Assembly: GCA_044223005.1 (NCBI GenBank)
Contig: JBGAML010000001.1
Location: forward strand, 96,001-160,000
Direction: 5' to 3'
Source of the DNA: Candidatus Eiseniibacteriota bacterium
GTDB taxonomy: Bacteria > Eisenbacteria > RBG-16-71-46
Length of the DNA: 64,000 nucleotides
In this document: positions 9,766 through 18,098 of the stretch, one piece after another
How positions within the stretch are numbered: position 1 is the first letter of the stretch
Layout of the letters: each line of letters opens with the position of its first letter
Translations under genes and position numbers: made by a program
The notes under the pieces: generated by a model
Database searches by the model: none
What the model saw: only the letters and a program-made list of their open reading frames with translations
What the model was told of the DNA's origin: nothing

Positions 9766-11463
9766 TCAGCGCTGCACGGTGACGCTGCGCGTGGCGAGCG
9801 AGCGGCCGTCGACCGTGAGGCGCGCGAAGTAGACGCCGCCGGGAAGACGCCGGCCGGCATCGTCGCGGGTGTCCCACTCGATGCGATGCCCGCCGGCGTC
9901 GAACGCCTCGCGGGACAGCGTCCGCACGCGGCGCCCCATGGCGTCGAAGATCGCGAGGTCCGCGCGTCCCGGCTGCTCGAGCGCGAACGCGAGCGACGCG
10001 CGATCGCTCGCCGGGTTCGGAGCCGCGAGCATGCGCCCGGCCACCGGCGGCGGGATCACTTCGAGCGGTACGCGCTCGCAGTAGAGGTCGTTGGTGCCAC
10101 GCAGGTCGACCCACATCGCGATGCCCACGGTGTCGGGGCCGGACACGATCGCCGACTGGAACTGGCTGCCGCTCGCGGTGCAGATGCCCTCGCCCGTCGC
10201 GGCCCACACCGCGACGCCGAGCGAGTCGAGCCGCTGCGCGTAGATGTCGGTGCCCGCGCCGGTGCGATCGTCCTCCCACGCGAAGAGCGCGCCGCCGAGC
10301 CCGTCCGCCGTCACCGCCGGGAACAGGTGCGTTCCGGGGCCGGCGTACACCGGCTGGCCGGAGGGATCCCACAGCAGCGTGGCCGAGCCGTCGATGCGCT
10401 GGGCGTAGACGTCCGCGCGCGTGCGCGTGTCGGTCCACGCGAGCACGATGCCGCCGCGCGCATCGGTGGCCAGCGCCGGCGCCAGCTGGTCCGCACCGTT
10501 CGTGCACGCGGCGACCCCGTTCGCGGGCGCGGTCAGGAACCCGAGGCCGCTGACGCGCTGCGCCCACACCGCGAACGCCGGACCCCGCAGGTCCTGCCAC
10601 GCGATCCATGCGCCGCCCGCGCTGTCCGCGACGGCGAGCGGATGGAACTGGTCACCGTCCGCCGTGCACACGGGCAGGCCGTCGGTGGCGAAGAACGCCT
10701 GGCCCTCGGGACCCACGTGCTGCACGAGCACGTCGAGCCCGGCCGGGTCCTGCTGCGACCACGCGACGAGCGCGCCACCCGCGAAGTCCGGGACGATCGC
10801 GGGCTCGTACTGCGCGGCGCTCGAACTGCTGACCGGAACGCCGTCGAGCGCCCAGCGCGGCGCACCGGCCTCCGGCTCGAGCCGCTGCGCGTAGATGCGC
10901 GGGCCGTCGCGGTAATCCTCCCACGCGATCACGACGCCCGCGGGCGAGGCGCCCGTCGTGTCGGTCGCGATCACGGGCATGCCCTGCTGGCCCACCACCG
11001 TGCAGACGGGGACGCCGTTGAATGCCCACACGGGCGTGCCCGTGGAGTCGACGCGCTGCGCGTACACGTCGCCCGCCGGGTCCGTGCGGAAGTCGCGCCA
11101 CGCGACGATCACGCCGCCCGCGCCGTCGGAAACCAGGATCGGCTGCTCCTGCTTGTTCGCGCCGCCGCAGGTGAGCACGCCTTCGGTGTGCCAGAGCACC
11201 GCGCCCGACGCGCTCACGTGCTGCACGTAGATGTCCGAGAGCACGAAGCGCGTGTCGGTCCACGCCGTGAACATGCCGCCGGCGCCGTCGCTGATCGCGT
11301 TCCGGTAGTTCTGCGAGCCGGTGGCCTTGCACACGGGCACGTTCACCGTCGGCCCGGGCCACTGCGCGCGCGCGGGCATGGCGGCGCCCGCGAGCAGGAA
11401 CGCGAGAAGCGCGGCCACTCGCCCCCCTCGGGCGAACGCGATGCGGAACGGATGTCGGTGCAC
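9766..11463 (-). CDS. Secreted beta-repeat protein with C-terminal FlgD/T9SS-CTD-like domain
   Basis: Signal peptide ending ARA-Q. Repeated SDGAGG..AWxDxR..DIYAQR units. C-terminal APNP...IFDAMGRRVRTL...WDTRDDAGRRLPGGVYF. Start position is approximate. Confidence 0.85.
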   Translation of the reverse strand: MHRHPFRIAFARGGRVAALLAFLLAGAAMPARAQWPGPTVNVPVCKATGSQNYRNAISDGAGGMFTAWTDTRFVLSDIYVQHVSASGAVLWHTEGVLTCGGANKQEQPILVSDGAGGVIVAWRDFRTDPAGDVYAQRVDSTGTPVWAFNGVPVCTVVGQQGMPVIATDTTGASPAGVVIAWEDYRDGPRIYAQRLEPEAGAPRWALDGVPVSSSSAAQYEPAIVPDFAGGALVAWSQQDPAGLDVLVQHVGPEGQAFFATDGLPVCTADGDQFHPLAVADSAGGAWIAWQDLRGPAFAVWAQRVSGLGFLTAPANGVAACTNGADQLAPALATDARGGIVLAWTDTRTRADVYAQRIDGSATLLWDPSGQPVYAGPGTHLFPAVTADGLGGALFAWEDDRTGAGTDIYAQRLDSLGVAVWAATGEGICTASGSQFQSAIVSGPDTVGIAMWVDLRGTNDLYCERVPLEVIPPPVAGRMLAAPNPASDRASLAFALEQPGRADLAIFDAMGRRVRTLSREAFDAGGHRIEWDTRDDAGRRLPGGVYFARLTVDGRSLATRSVTVQR

Positions 11464-11589
11464 GGGAGTCGGGCTCTCCGGGAGGACGCGGGCGCAGGGA
11501 CGCCCCGCGCCGGCAAATCGTCCCTGCCCCGGATGGTGCTTGTCAACGGTGGGCTCGCGCCCCTGCGATCCGGCGGGTAACCTGCGGCC

Positions 11590-13053
11590 ATGCCGCTCGC
11601 TCCCGCCGTTCTCGCCGAACTCGAGGCCCTGCTCGGCCCCGGCGGCGTGCTGGCCGGCCGCACGGACCGCTTCACCTACGAGGCCGATGCGCTGGTGCTC
11701 GAGCGGCACTCGCCGGACGTGGTCGCGTTGCCGCGCTCGACCGACGAGGTCGCCGCGGTGGTGCGCTGGGCCGCGGCGCGCGGGCTCGCGGTGACCCCGC
11801 GCGGAGCGGGCACCGGCCTCGCGGGCGGTTGCACCTGCGAGCAGGGCGGCGTGGCGCTCTCGCTCAACCGCATGGATCGCGTGCTGGCGGTCGACGCGGA
11901 GCGGATGTTCGCCTGGGTGCAGCCCGGGGTCGTGAACCTCTGGCTCTCGCAGCAGCTCGCGCCGAGCGGGCTGCATTTCGCGCCCGACCCGGCGTCGCAG
12001 CAGGTGAGCACGATCGGCGGCAACGTCGCGACCAACGCCGGCGGTCCGCACTGCCTCAAGTACGGCGTGACGCTGAACCACGTGCTCGGCATCACGGTCG
12101 TGCTCGCGGACGGCACCGCGGTCACGCTGGGCGGCGACGCGTGCGACGCGCCGGACTTCGACCTCGCGGCGGTCGTCACGGGCAGCGAAGGCACGCTCGC
12201 GATCGTCACCGAGATCTGCGTCCGCCTCCTGCCGGTGCCCGAAGCCGTGAAGACGCTCCTCTTCGACTTCAGGACGATCGAGGACGCGTGCGTCACCGTG
12301 TCGCGCGTGATCGCCGAGGGCATCGTGCCCGCGGCGATGGAGATCATGGACCGGCACACGGTGGAGCTGGTCGAGGCGTGGCTGCACCTGGGCCTGCCGA
12401 CCGACGCGGCCGCGGTCCTGCTGATCGAGGTCGACGGCCCCGCCACGGCGCTGCCGGGGCAGGCCGAGCGTATCGCCGCGATCGCGCGCGAGCAGCACGC
12501 GCGCTCCGAGCGCGTGGCGCGCGACGAGGCCGAGCGGGTGCAGCTCTGGCGCGGCCGCAAGTCGTCGTTCGGCGCCTACGGCCGCTCGGCGAGCGGCTTC
12601 TACATCATGGATGGCGTCGTGCCGCGCACGCGGCTGGCGGAGGCGCTGACCAACATCTACGCGTTCGCGGCGGCGCGCGGACTGCACGCGGGCAACGTGT
12701 TCCACGCCGGCGACGGCAACCTGCACCCGCACGTGCTGTTCGACGCGAACTCGCCGGAGCAGCAGCAGGCGGCGCTCGAGGTCTCGCACGAGATCCTGCG
12801 CATGTGCATCCGGTTCGGCGGCACGATCTCGGGCGAGCACGGCGTCGGGATCGAGAAGCGCCCGATGATGTCCGAGCTCTTCACGCCCGCCGATCTCGAC
12901 GCGATGGACCGGCTGCGCGGCGCGTTCGATTCCGCGCGGCGGCTCAACCCGGGCAAGGTGCTCCCCGGTGGCGGCGGCTGCGGCGAGGCGCACGCGCCCG
13001 CGCAGCTGGGCGGCATGACCGTGCGCGACGACGTCCCGGGAGCGTGGATATGA
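11590..13053 (+). CDS. glcD: Glycolate oxidase subunit GlcD (FAD-linked oxidase)
   Basis: PRGAGTGLAGG, PDPAS, HCLKYGVT, HAGDGNLHP and GEHGVG motifs. Confidence 0.9.
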   Translation: MPLAPAVLAELEALLGPGGVLAGRTDRFTYEADALVLERHSPDVVALPRSTDEVAAVVRWAAARGLAVTPRGAGTGLAGGCTCEQGGVALSLNRMDRVLAVDAERMFAWVQPGVVNLWLSQQLAPSGLHFAPDPASQQVSTIGGNVATNAGGPHCLKYGVTLNHVLGITVVLADGTAVTLGGDACDAPDFDLAAVVTGSEGTLAIVTEICVRLLPVPEAVKTLLFDFRTIEDACVTVSRVIAEGIVPAAMEIMDRHTVELVEAWLHLGLPTDAAAVLLIEVDGPATALPGQAERIAAIAREQHARSERVARDEAERVQLWRGRKSSFGAYGRSASGFYIMDGVVPRTRLAEALTNIYAFAAARGLHAGNVFHAGDGNLHPHVLFDANSPEQQQAALEVSHEILRMCIRFGGTISGEHGVGIEKRPMMSELFTPADLDAMDRLRGAFDSARRLNPGKVLPGGGGCGEAHAPAQLGGMTVRDDVPGAWI

Positions 13054-14270
13054 GCCCGCTCGCGCTGCCCGCGGACCGCACGCGCGACACGGCCGCATAC
13101 GCGATCGGCGGCGTCCGCCCCGCGCAGGCCGCGCGCCCCGCGACGCCGGAGGAAGCCGTCGCGGTGGTGGACGGGTGCGCGCGCGCGCGGCTCGCACTCG
13201 TGCCGTGGGGTGGCGGCACGGCGCTCGCCCACGCGCCGGCACCGGAGCGCTACGACGTCGCGCTCGACCTGACGGGCCTCGCGCGCGTGGTGCGCCACGA
13301 GCGCGACGACTTCACCGTCACCGCCGAGTGCGGCGTGACGCTCGCGGCGCTCGGCGCGCTGCTCGAGCGGCACGGCCAGGAGCTGCCGCTCGAGGCTCCG
13401 GCGCCGGAGCGCGCGACGTTCGGCGGCGTGCTGGCCGCGAACGCGAGCGGCGCCCGACGGCTCGCGCTGGGCGCTCCGCGCGACCGGATCCTCGGCGCGC
13501 GGTTCGTGCTGGGCGACGGCACGTTCGCGCGCACGGGCGGGCGCGTGGTGAAGAACGTGGCCGGGCACGCCGTGCACCGACTGCTGGTCGGCGCGCGCGG
13601 AGGACTCGGCATCCTGCTCGAAGCGAGCGTGAAGCTCCTGCCGCAGCCACCCGCGCGGGCGGCGGTCGTGCACGGCGTGGACGCCGGCACGCTGGCCGAC
13701 CGGGCGCGCTGGGCGACGTTCCCGCGCCGCGAGCCGGCGGTTCTCACCGTCGTCGGCGCCGCCGCCACCGCGGGCGCGCCGGCACTCGCGACCGGTGCGC
13801 CGTTCACCACCGTCACGGGCTTCGAGGGCGACCCCGCATGGGTCGACGCGTCGGTCGCGTTCGCGACGCAGGCGCTGGGCGCGCCGGTGCGCGTGCTGCG
13901 CGACGCGGAGGTGCCCGCGCTCTGGCGCGCGCTCGCGGCGCTCCCGGCGACCCGCGGCCCGCGGTTCGTCTTCACGACCGCGAGCAACACGCCCACGGCG
14001 CTGCGGGCGATCGCCCGCGACGACGACGCGGATTCGCTCGTCTTCCACGCGCCCGCGGGGCGCCTGTCGCTCTCGCCGGCACCGGACGCCGCGGCCGCTC
14101 GCATGGCGGCGCTGGCGGCCGCCGGCTTCACGCCGATCGCGGTGCAGGGCGTGGACGCGGCTCTGCCCGCGGCGCCCGCCGCGGTGCGGGCACTGCGCGA
14201 GCGGATCGCGGAAGCGCTCGATCCGGCGGACACGCTCGCCTTCACCGCCCGCTGGCGCGCCGGGCGCTGA
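13050..14270 (+). CDS. glcE: Glycolate oxidase FAD-binding subunit GlcE-like
   Basis: ATGA overlap with glcD. GGGT, RDRILG and GGRVVKNVAG motifs. Confidence 0.8.
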   Translation: MSPLALPADRTRDTAAYAIGGVRPAQAARPATPEEAVAVVDGCARARLALVPWGGGTALAHAPAPERYDVALDLTGLARVVRHERDDFTVTAECGVTLAALGALLERHGQELPLEAPAPERATFGGVLAANASGARRLALGAPRDRILGARFVLGDGTFARTGGRVVKNVAGHAVHRLLVGARGGLGILLEASVKLLPQPPARAAVVHGVDAGTLADRARWATFPRREPAVLTVVGAAATAGAPALATGAPFTTVTGFEGDPAWVDASVAFATQALGAPVRVLRDAEVPALWRALAALPATRGPRFVFTTASNTPTALRAIARDDDADSLVFHAPAGRLSLSPAPDAAAARMAALAAAGFTPIAVQGVDAALPAAPAAVRALRERIAEALDPADTLAFTARWRAGR

Positions 14271-14347
14271 CGGCGCGTCCGCCGCGGTGTACGGTGGCGC
14301 CGCCGTCGCGGCGCGCGCCGCGGCACGCTTCCACCGGAGGTGAAGCC

Positions 14348-15340
14348 ATGCGCATCGTCCTCGCCCTGCTGCTCACCACCGCGTGCGCCACGCCCGCCGT
14401 CGCGGCCCGCCGCGACCCGCTCGCGCACACGTACTCGATCGTCGCGCGCGACCCGCGCACCGGCGAGCTCGGCGTGGCGGTGCAGTCGCACTACTTCTCG
14501 GTCGGGCCGGTCGTGCCGTGGGCCGAAGCCGGCGTCGGCGCCGTGGCGACGCAGTCGCTGGTGCTGGTCGACTACGGCCCGCAGGGGCTCGAGCTCATGC
14601 GCAAGGGCTTCACCGCGAAGCAGGCGCTCGATTCGCTGCTCGCCGCCGATCCGCACCACGAAGGCCGCCAGGTCGCGATGGTCGACGCGCACGGTGGTGT
14701 CGCCGCGTGGACGGGACCGGCGTGCATTCCCGACGCGGGCGACGCGCAGGGCGAACAGTTCAGCTGCCAGGCGAACCTGATGGCCAACGCGACGGTATGG
14801 CCGGCGATGAAGACCGTGTTCGAGCACGCGGAGGGCGACCTCGCCGAGCGCATGATGCAGGCGCTCGAGGCCGCCGAGCGCGCGGGCGGCGACATCCGTG
14901 GGCGGCAGTCGGCGGCGATCCTCGTGGTGAAGGCCACCGGCTCGGGCAAGCCGTGGAACGACGTGGTCGTGAACCTGCGCGTCGAGGACCATCCGCAGCC
15001 GCTCGTCGAACTGCGCCGGCTGCTGCGGCTGCGCCGGGCCTACAACCTCGAGGACCAGGGCGACGCGTTCACGTCGGAACAGCAGCCCGAGAAGGCCGCG
15101 CAGGCCTACGCCGAGGCGATGCGGCTCGCGCCCGACGTGGTGGAGCTGCAGTTCTGGGCGGCGTCGACCATGTACCAGAACGGGCGCAAGGAAGAAGCGC
15201 GCGCGCTCTTCCGCAAGGTGTTCGCCCGCGAGCCGCGCTGGGCGCCGCTGATCCCGCGGCTCGCAAAGGTGGGCCTGTTCCCGAACGACCCCGCGCAGAT
15301 CGACGACGTCGTGAAGCTGGCCCCGCCGGCGAAGCGGTAA
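14348..15340 (+). CDS. Secreted DUF1028 (Ntn-hydrolase-like) protein with TPR tail
   Basis: Signal peptide. HTYSIVARD, GVAVQS, GGDIRGRQSAA and LRVEDHPQP motifs. Confidence 0.85.
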   Translation: MRIVLALLLTTACATPAVAARRDPLAHTYSIVARDPRTGELGVAVQSHYFSVGPVVPWAEAGVGAVATQSLVLVDYGPQGLELMRKGFTAKQALDSLLAADPHHEGRQVAMVDAHGGVAAWTGPACIPDAGDAQGEQFSCQANLMANATVWPAMKTVFEHAEGDLAERMMQALEAAERAGGDIRGRQSAAILVVKATGSGKPWNDVVVNLRVEDHPQPLVELRRLLRLRRAYNLEDQGDAFTSEQQPEKAAQAYAEAMRLAPDVVELQFWAASTMYQNGRKEEARALFRKVFAREPRWAPLIPRLAKVGLFPNDPAQIDDVVKLAPPAKR

Positions 15341-15352
15341 CACCGCGAACGA

Positions 15353-15387
15353 CTCGGGGCCCGCACCACGAGGGTGCGGGCCCCGAG
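15353..15387. terminator. 15-bp perfect hairpin between convergent genes
   Basis: CTCGGGGCCCGCACC-acgag-GGTGCGGGCCCCGAG. Confidence 0.7.
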
Positions 15388-15417
15388 CACCTGCGAACGT
15401 CGGGATCGGGCCGGCGC

Positions 15418-16584
15418 TCAGCCGCCGATCGCGCTGCGCGCGCCCTGGTCGCGCCAGGGTCCGCGTTCGCGGTCGGTCACGCCGCGCAGCTCCTCGAGCA
15501 GCGCCGTGACCGACGCCGCGCGGGAGTCCCACGTGTGGCCGGCACGCACGGTCTCGCGGGCGCGTGCGCCCAGCCGGGTGCGCTGCGGCGCGTCGGCGAC
15601 GAGGTCCGTGAGGGCCTGCGCCAGTTCGGCGCCGTCGCTCGGCGACACCAGCCGCGCGTCGTATCCCGGCGTGGCGACTCCGCGCACGCCGTCCGTGGCC
15701 GGCGCCACGACCGCGCGCTGCAGCGCCATCGACTCGAGCAGCGCGAGCGGCGTGCCACCGTCGTCGCCCCCGCCGGTCACGACGACGTCGCAGAGCGCGA
15801 GGTGCGCCGGGACCGCGCGGTGCGGCACGCGGCCGCAGAGCACGAGCCGAGTGTGCGTGCGATCGGCGACACGCAGCGCGGGGTTGCGCTCCTCGCCGTC
15901 GCCGATCACGACGAGACGCGCGCCCTGCTCGGACGGCAGCGTGGCGACGGCCTCGACGAGGGGCAGCAGCCCGCTGTCCGCGTGCAGGTCGCCGAAGAAG
16001 CCGACGCGCACGCCACACGCCGGCAGGCAGAGCTGCTCGACGGCGCGCTGGACCAGTTCGGGCGCGGGCGCTTCGAGGAACTCGGCGCCGGCGGCGTTGG
16101 TCACCACGGCCACCGGCCGGTCGCCGTCCATCAACTCGCGCAGGCGGCTCCCCGAGTTGGGGCTCGTCGTGATCGCCCCGCGCGTCAGCGCCAGCGCTTC
16201 GGGCAGCGCGCCGCGCACGGAGGTGCTCGTGGCGAGACCGCCCGCGCTCAGGTCGCCCTCGATGTCGTACACGTGCGGGATGCCGGCTTCGCCAGCGGCG
16301 CGCACGCCCTCGAGCGAGCCCGGCATCAGGCGCTCGAGCACCACGTCGGGTTCGATCTGGGAGAAATGCCAGTCGATTTCGCGAACGCTCACGGGCATGC
16401 GCAGCGTGCGCACTCGGACGCCCGACTCCGCTGCCGCCGCATCCGCATCGGCGCCGGCGCAGAGCATGGTCACGTCGTGGCCCGCGCGCGCGAGGGCGAG
16501 CGCAAGACCGCGCAGGCGCACGGGCCAGCGGCGGCCGTCGCCGGTGATCAGCTCGGGATCCGTACAGAGCAGCGCGATGCGCAT
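15418..16584 (-). CDS. Glycosyltransferase family 4
   Basis: MRIALL, GHDVT, LVVIGDG, GRVPH and PLALLESMA motifs of the GT-B fold. Confidence 0.85.
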   Translation of the reverse strand: MRIALLCTDPELITGDGRRWPVRLRGLALALARAGHDVTMLCAGADADAAAAESGVRVRTLRMPVSVREIDWHFSQIEPDVVLERLMPGSLEGVRAAGEAGIPHVYDIEGDLSAGGLATSTSVRGALPEALALTRGAITTSPNSGSRLRELMDGDRPVAVVTNAAGAEFLEAPAPELVQRAVEQLCLPACGVRVGFFGDLHADSGLLPLVEAVATLPSEQGARLVVIGDGEERNPALRVADRTHTRLVLCGRVPHRAVPAHLALCDVVVTGGGDDGGTPLALLESMALQRAVVAPATDGVRGVATPGYDARLVSPSDGAELAQALTDLVADAPQRTRLGARARETVRAGHTWDSRAASVTALLEELRGVTDRERGPWRDQGARSAIGG

Positions 16585-16797
16585 GCGCGCCTCTCGAGGG
16601 ATTTGGGTCACGGAGGGGAACGAGGGACCTGTCCAGAACCGTGAAGCAGGCGCACTTCCGCCGCTTCTCATCCTCAGAGGTGGGGCGGGCGTCCCGTTGG
16701 ATACATCCTCCCCCGGTGGCGCCCGGCGCGGGGCCGTCGCCGGGGGCCGAACGAGCCCGCACGTGCGCAACGACAACGACTTCGCTAAGGTTTCGGC

Positions 16798-17487
16798 ATG
16801 ACACCCCCTCGCCCCGCCGGCGGCCTCGACCCCGAACGGGACGCCCGGCTCGTGGAGTCCTGCCTCGCGGGAGACGAGCGCGCGTGGAACCAGCTGGTCC
16901 GGCGGCACGAGCGGCTCGTGTACGCCGTCGCCCGCGCATGGCGGCTGGAGGAGGACGATCTCGCCGACGTCTTCCAGGAGGTCTTCGCGGCCCTGGTCCG
17001 CGGCCTGCCCCGGCTGCGTGACGGCCGCTCGCTCGTGCGCTGGCTCTCGAGCACGACCGATCGCGTCGCGCGCACGCGCGCGCTGCGGCGGCGGCGCGAG
17101 CTGGCGTTGCGGCAACAGGACGAAACGGTGCTCGAGCGCCTGCCCGGTGGCGACGAGCCCGTGGGCGCCGATCTCGAGCGGCTCGAGCACCAGGCTGCGG
17201 TGCGACTCGGCATGGACACGTTGCCGGATCGCTGCCGGCGGCTGCTGCACGCGCTCTACTACGAGGATCCCGCGCCCGCGTACGCCGATCTCGCACGGCG
17301 GCTGGGAGTTCCCGTGGGCTCGCTCGGTCCGACGCGGGCGCGCTGCATGGAGAAGCTGCGCGCAGCACTCGCGAGATGGGCCGGCGGCGGTATCACGGAG
17401 GCGGAAGGCGGCACCTCTACTGCCGCGAGCGGGACCGGCTCCGAACCCGGCGACGATCCCGCGCACGAGTCCACGGAGCACCCATGA
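16798..17487 (+). CDS. ECF RNA polymerase sigma factor
   Basis: Region 2: GDERAWNQLVRRH..DVFQEVF..WL. Region 4: LPDRCRRLL..YADLARRLGVPVGSLGPTRARC. Confidence 0.9.
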   Translation: MTPPRPAGGLDPERDARLVESCLAGDERAWNQLVRRHERLVYAVARAWRLEEDDLADVFQEVFAALVRGLPRLRDGRSLVRWLSSTTDRVARTRALRRRRELALRQQDETVLERLPGGDEPVGADLERLEHQAAVRLGMDTLPDRCRRLLHALYYEDPAPAYADLARRLGVPVGSLGPTRARCMEKLRAALARWAGGGITEAEGGTSTAASGTGSEPGDDPAHESTEHP

Positions 17488-18098
17488 GCCCATTCGCCCG
17501 ATCCCGCGATCGACACCTCGACCTGCGCACGGTCCTCGACTACCTGGACCAGCGCCTCGACGCCTCGTCCCGGCGTGCCGCCGACGACCATCTCGGCCGG
17601 CCGTGCGAGACGTGCCGGGAGCAGGTGCGAGAGGTCGGCGAACTCCTCGAAGCGATGCGCCGCGACCGCACCGAGGACGTGCCGGAGCGGCTGCACGCGC
17701 TCGCGGTCGCGGCGTTCGCGCCGCGGACCGCGCCGGCGCCGGCGAAGCGCCTCGCGGAGATCCTCGCCGAGCTCGTATTCGACTCGCTGCGCTCGCCGCT
17801 GCCCGCGACCGCACGGCGTTCGGTCGGCGAGGCCCGCCGCGTGCGCTTCCGTGCGGGCGACGCGACGCTCGATCTCGAGCTCGAGCCCGAGGGCGCGACG
17901 ACGCAGTCGCTGCGCGGCCGGCTCGAGGCCGAGGACGCCGCGCTCTGGACGCTCGAGTTCCGCGCCGGCACCGAGCGCGCGCGCGTCCACCCCGACGCCA
18001 CGGGCGCGTTCGTCGTCGACCGCCTGCCCCTGGGTGCGCTGGAAGCGCACCTCGAAGGTCCGCTCGGACGATTCCGGCTGCCGCCGCTCGAGCCCTGA
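17484..18098 (+). CDS. Soluble zinc-finger anti-sigma-like protein
   Basis: ATGA overlap with the sigma gene. HLGRPCETC is a ZAS-like motif. C-terminal beta-rich domain (LVFDS..RRVRF..LDLEL). No TM segment. Confidence 0.75.
   Translation: MSPFARSRDRHLDLRTVLDYLDQRLDASSRRAADDHLGRPCETCREQVREVGELLEAMRRDRTEDVPERLHALAVAAFAPRTAPAPAKRLAEILAELVFDSLRSPLPATARRSVGEARRVRFRAGDATLDLELEPEGATTQSLRGRLEAEDAALWTLEFRAGTERARVHPDATGAFVVDRLPLGALEAHLEGPLGRFRLPPLEP

Noticed and set aside
17018..18097. Long N-terminal extensions given by the ORF track (CHAT from 17018, also 6062, 11829, 13175, 23443, 28087)
   Set aside because: They overlap genuine upstream genes. Downstream starts with RBS or stop/start overlaps fit better.
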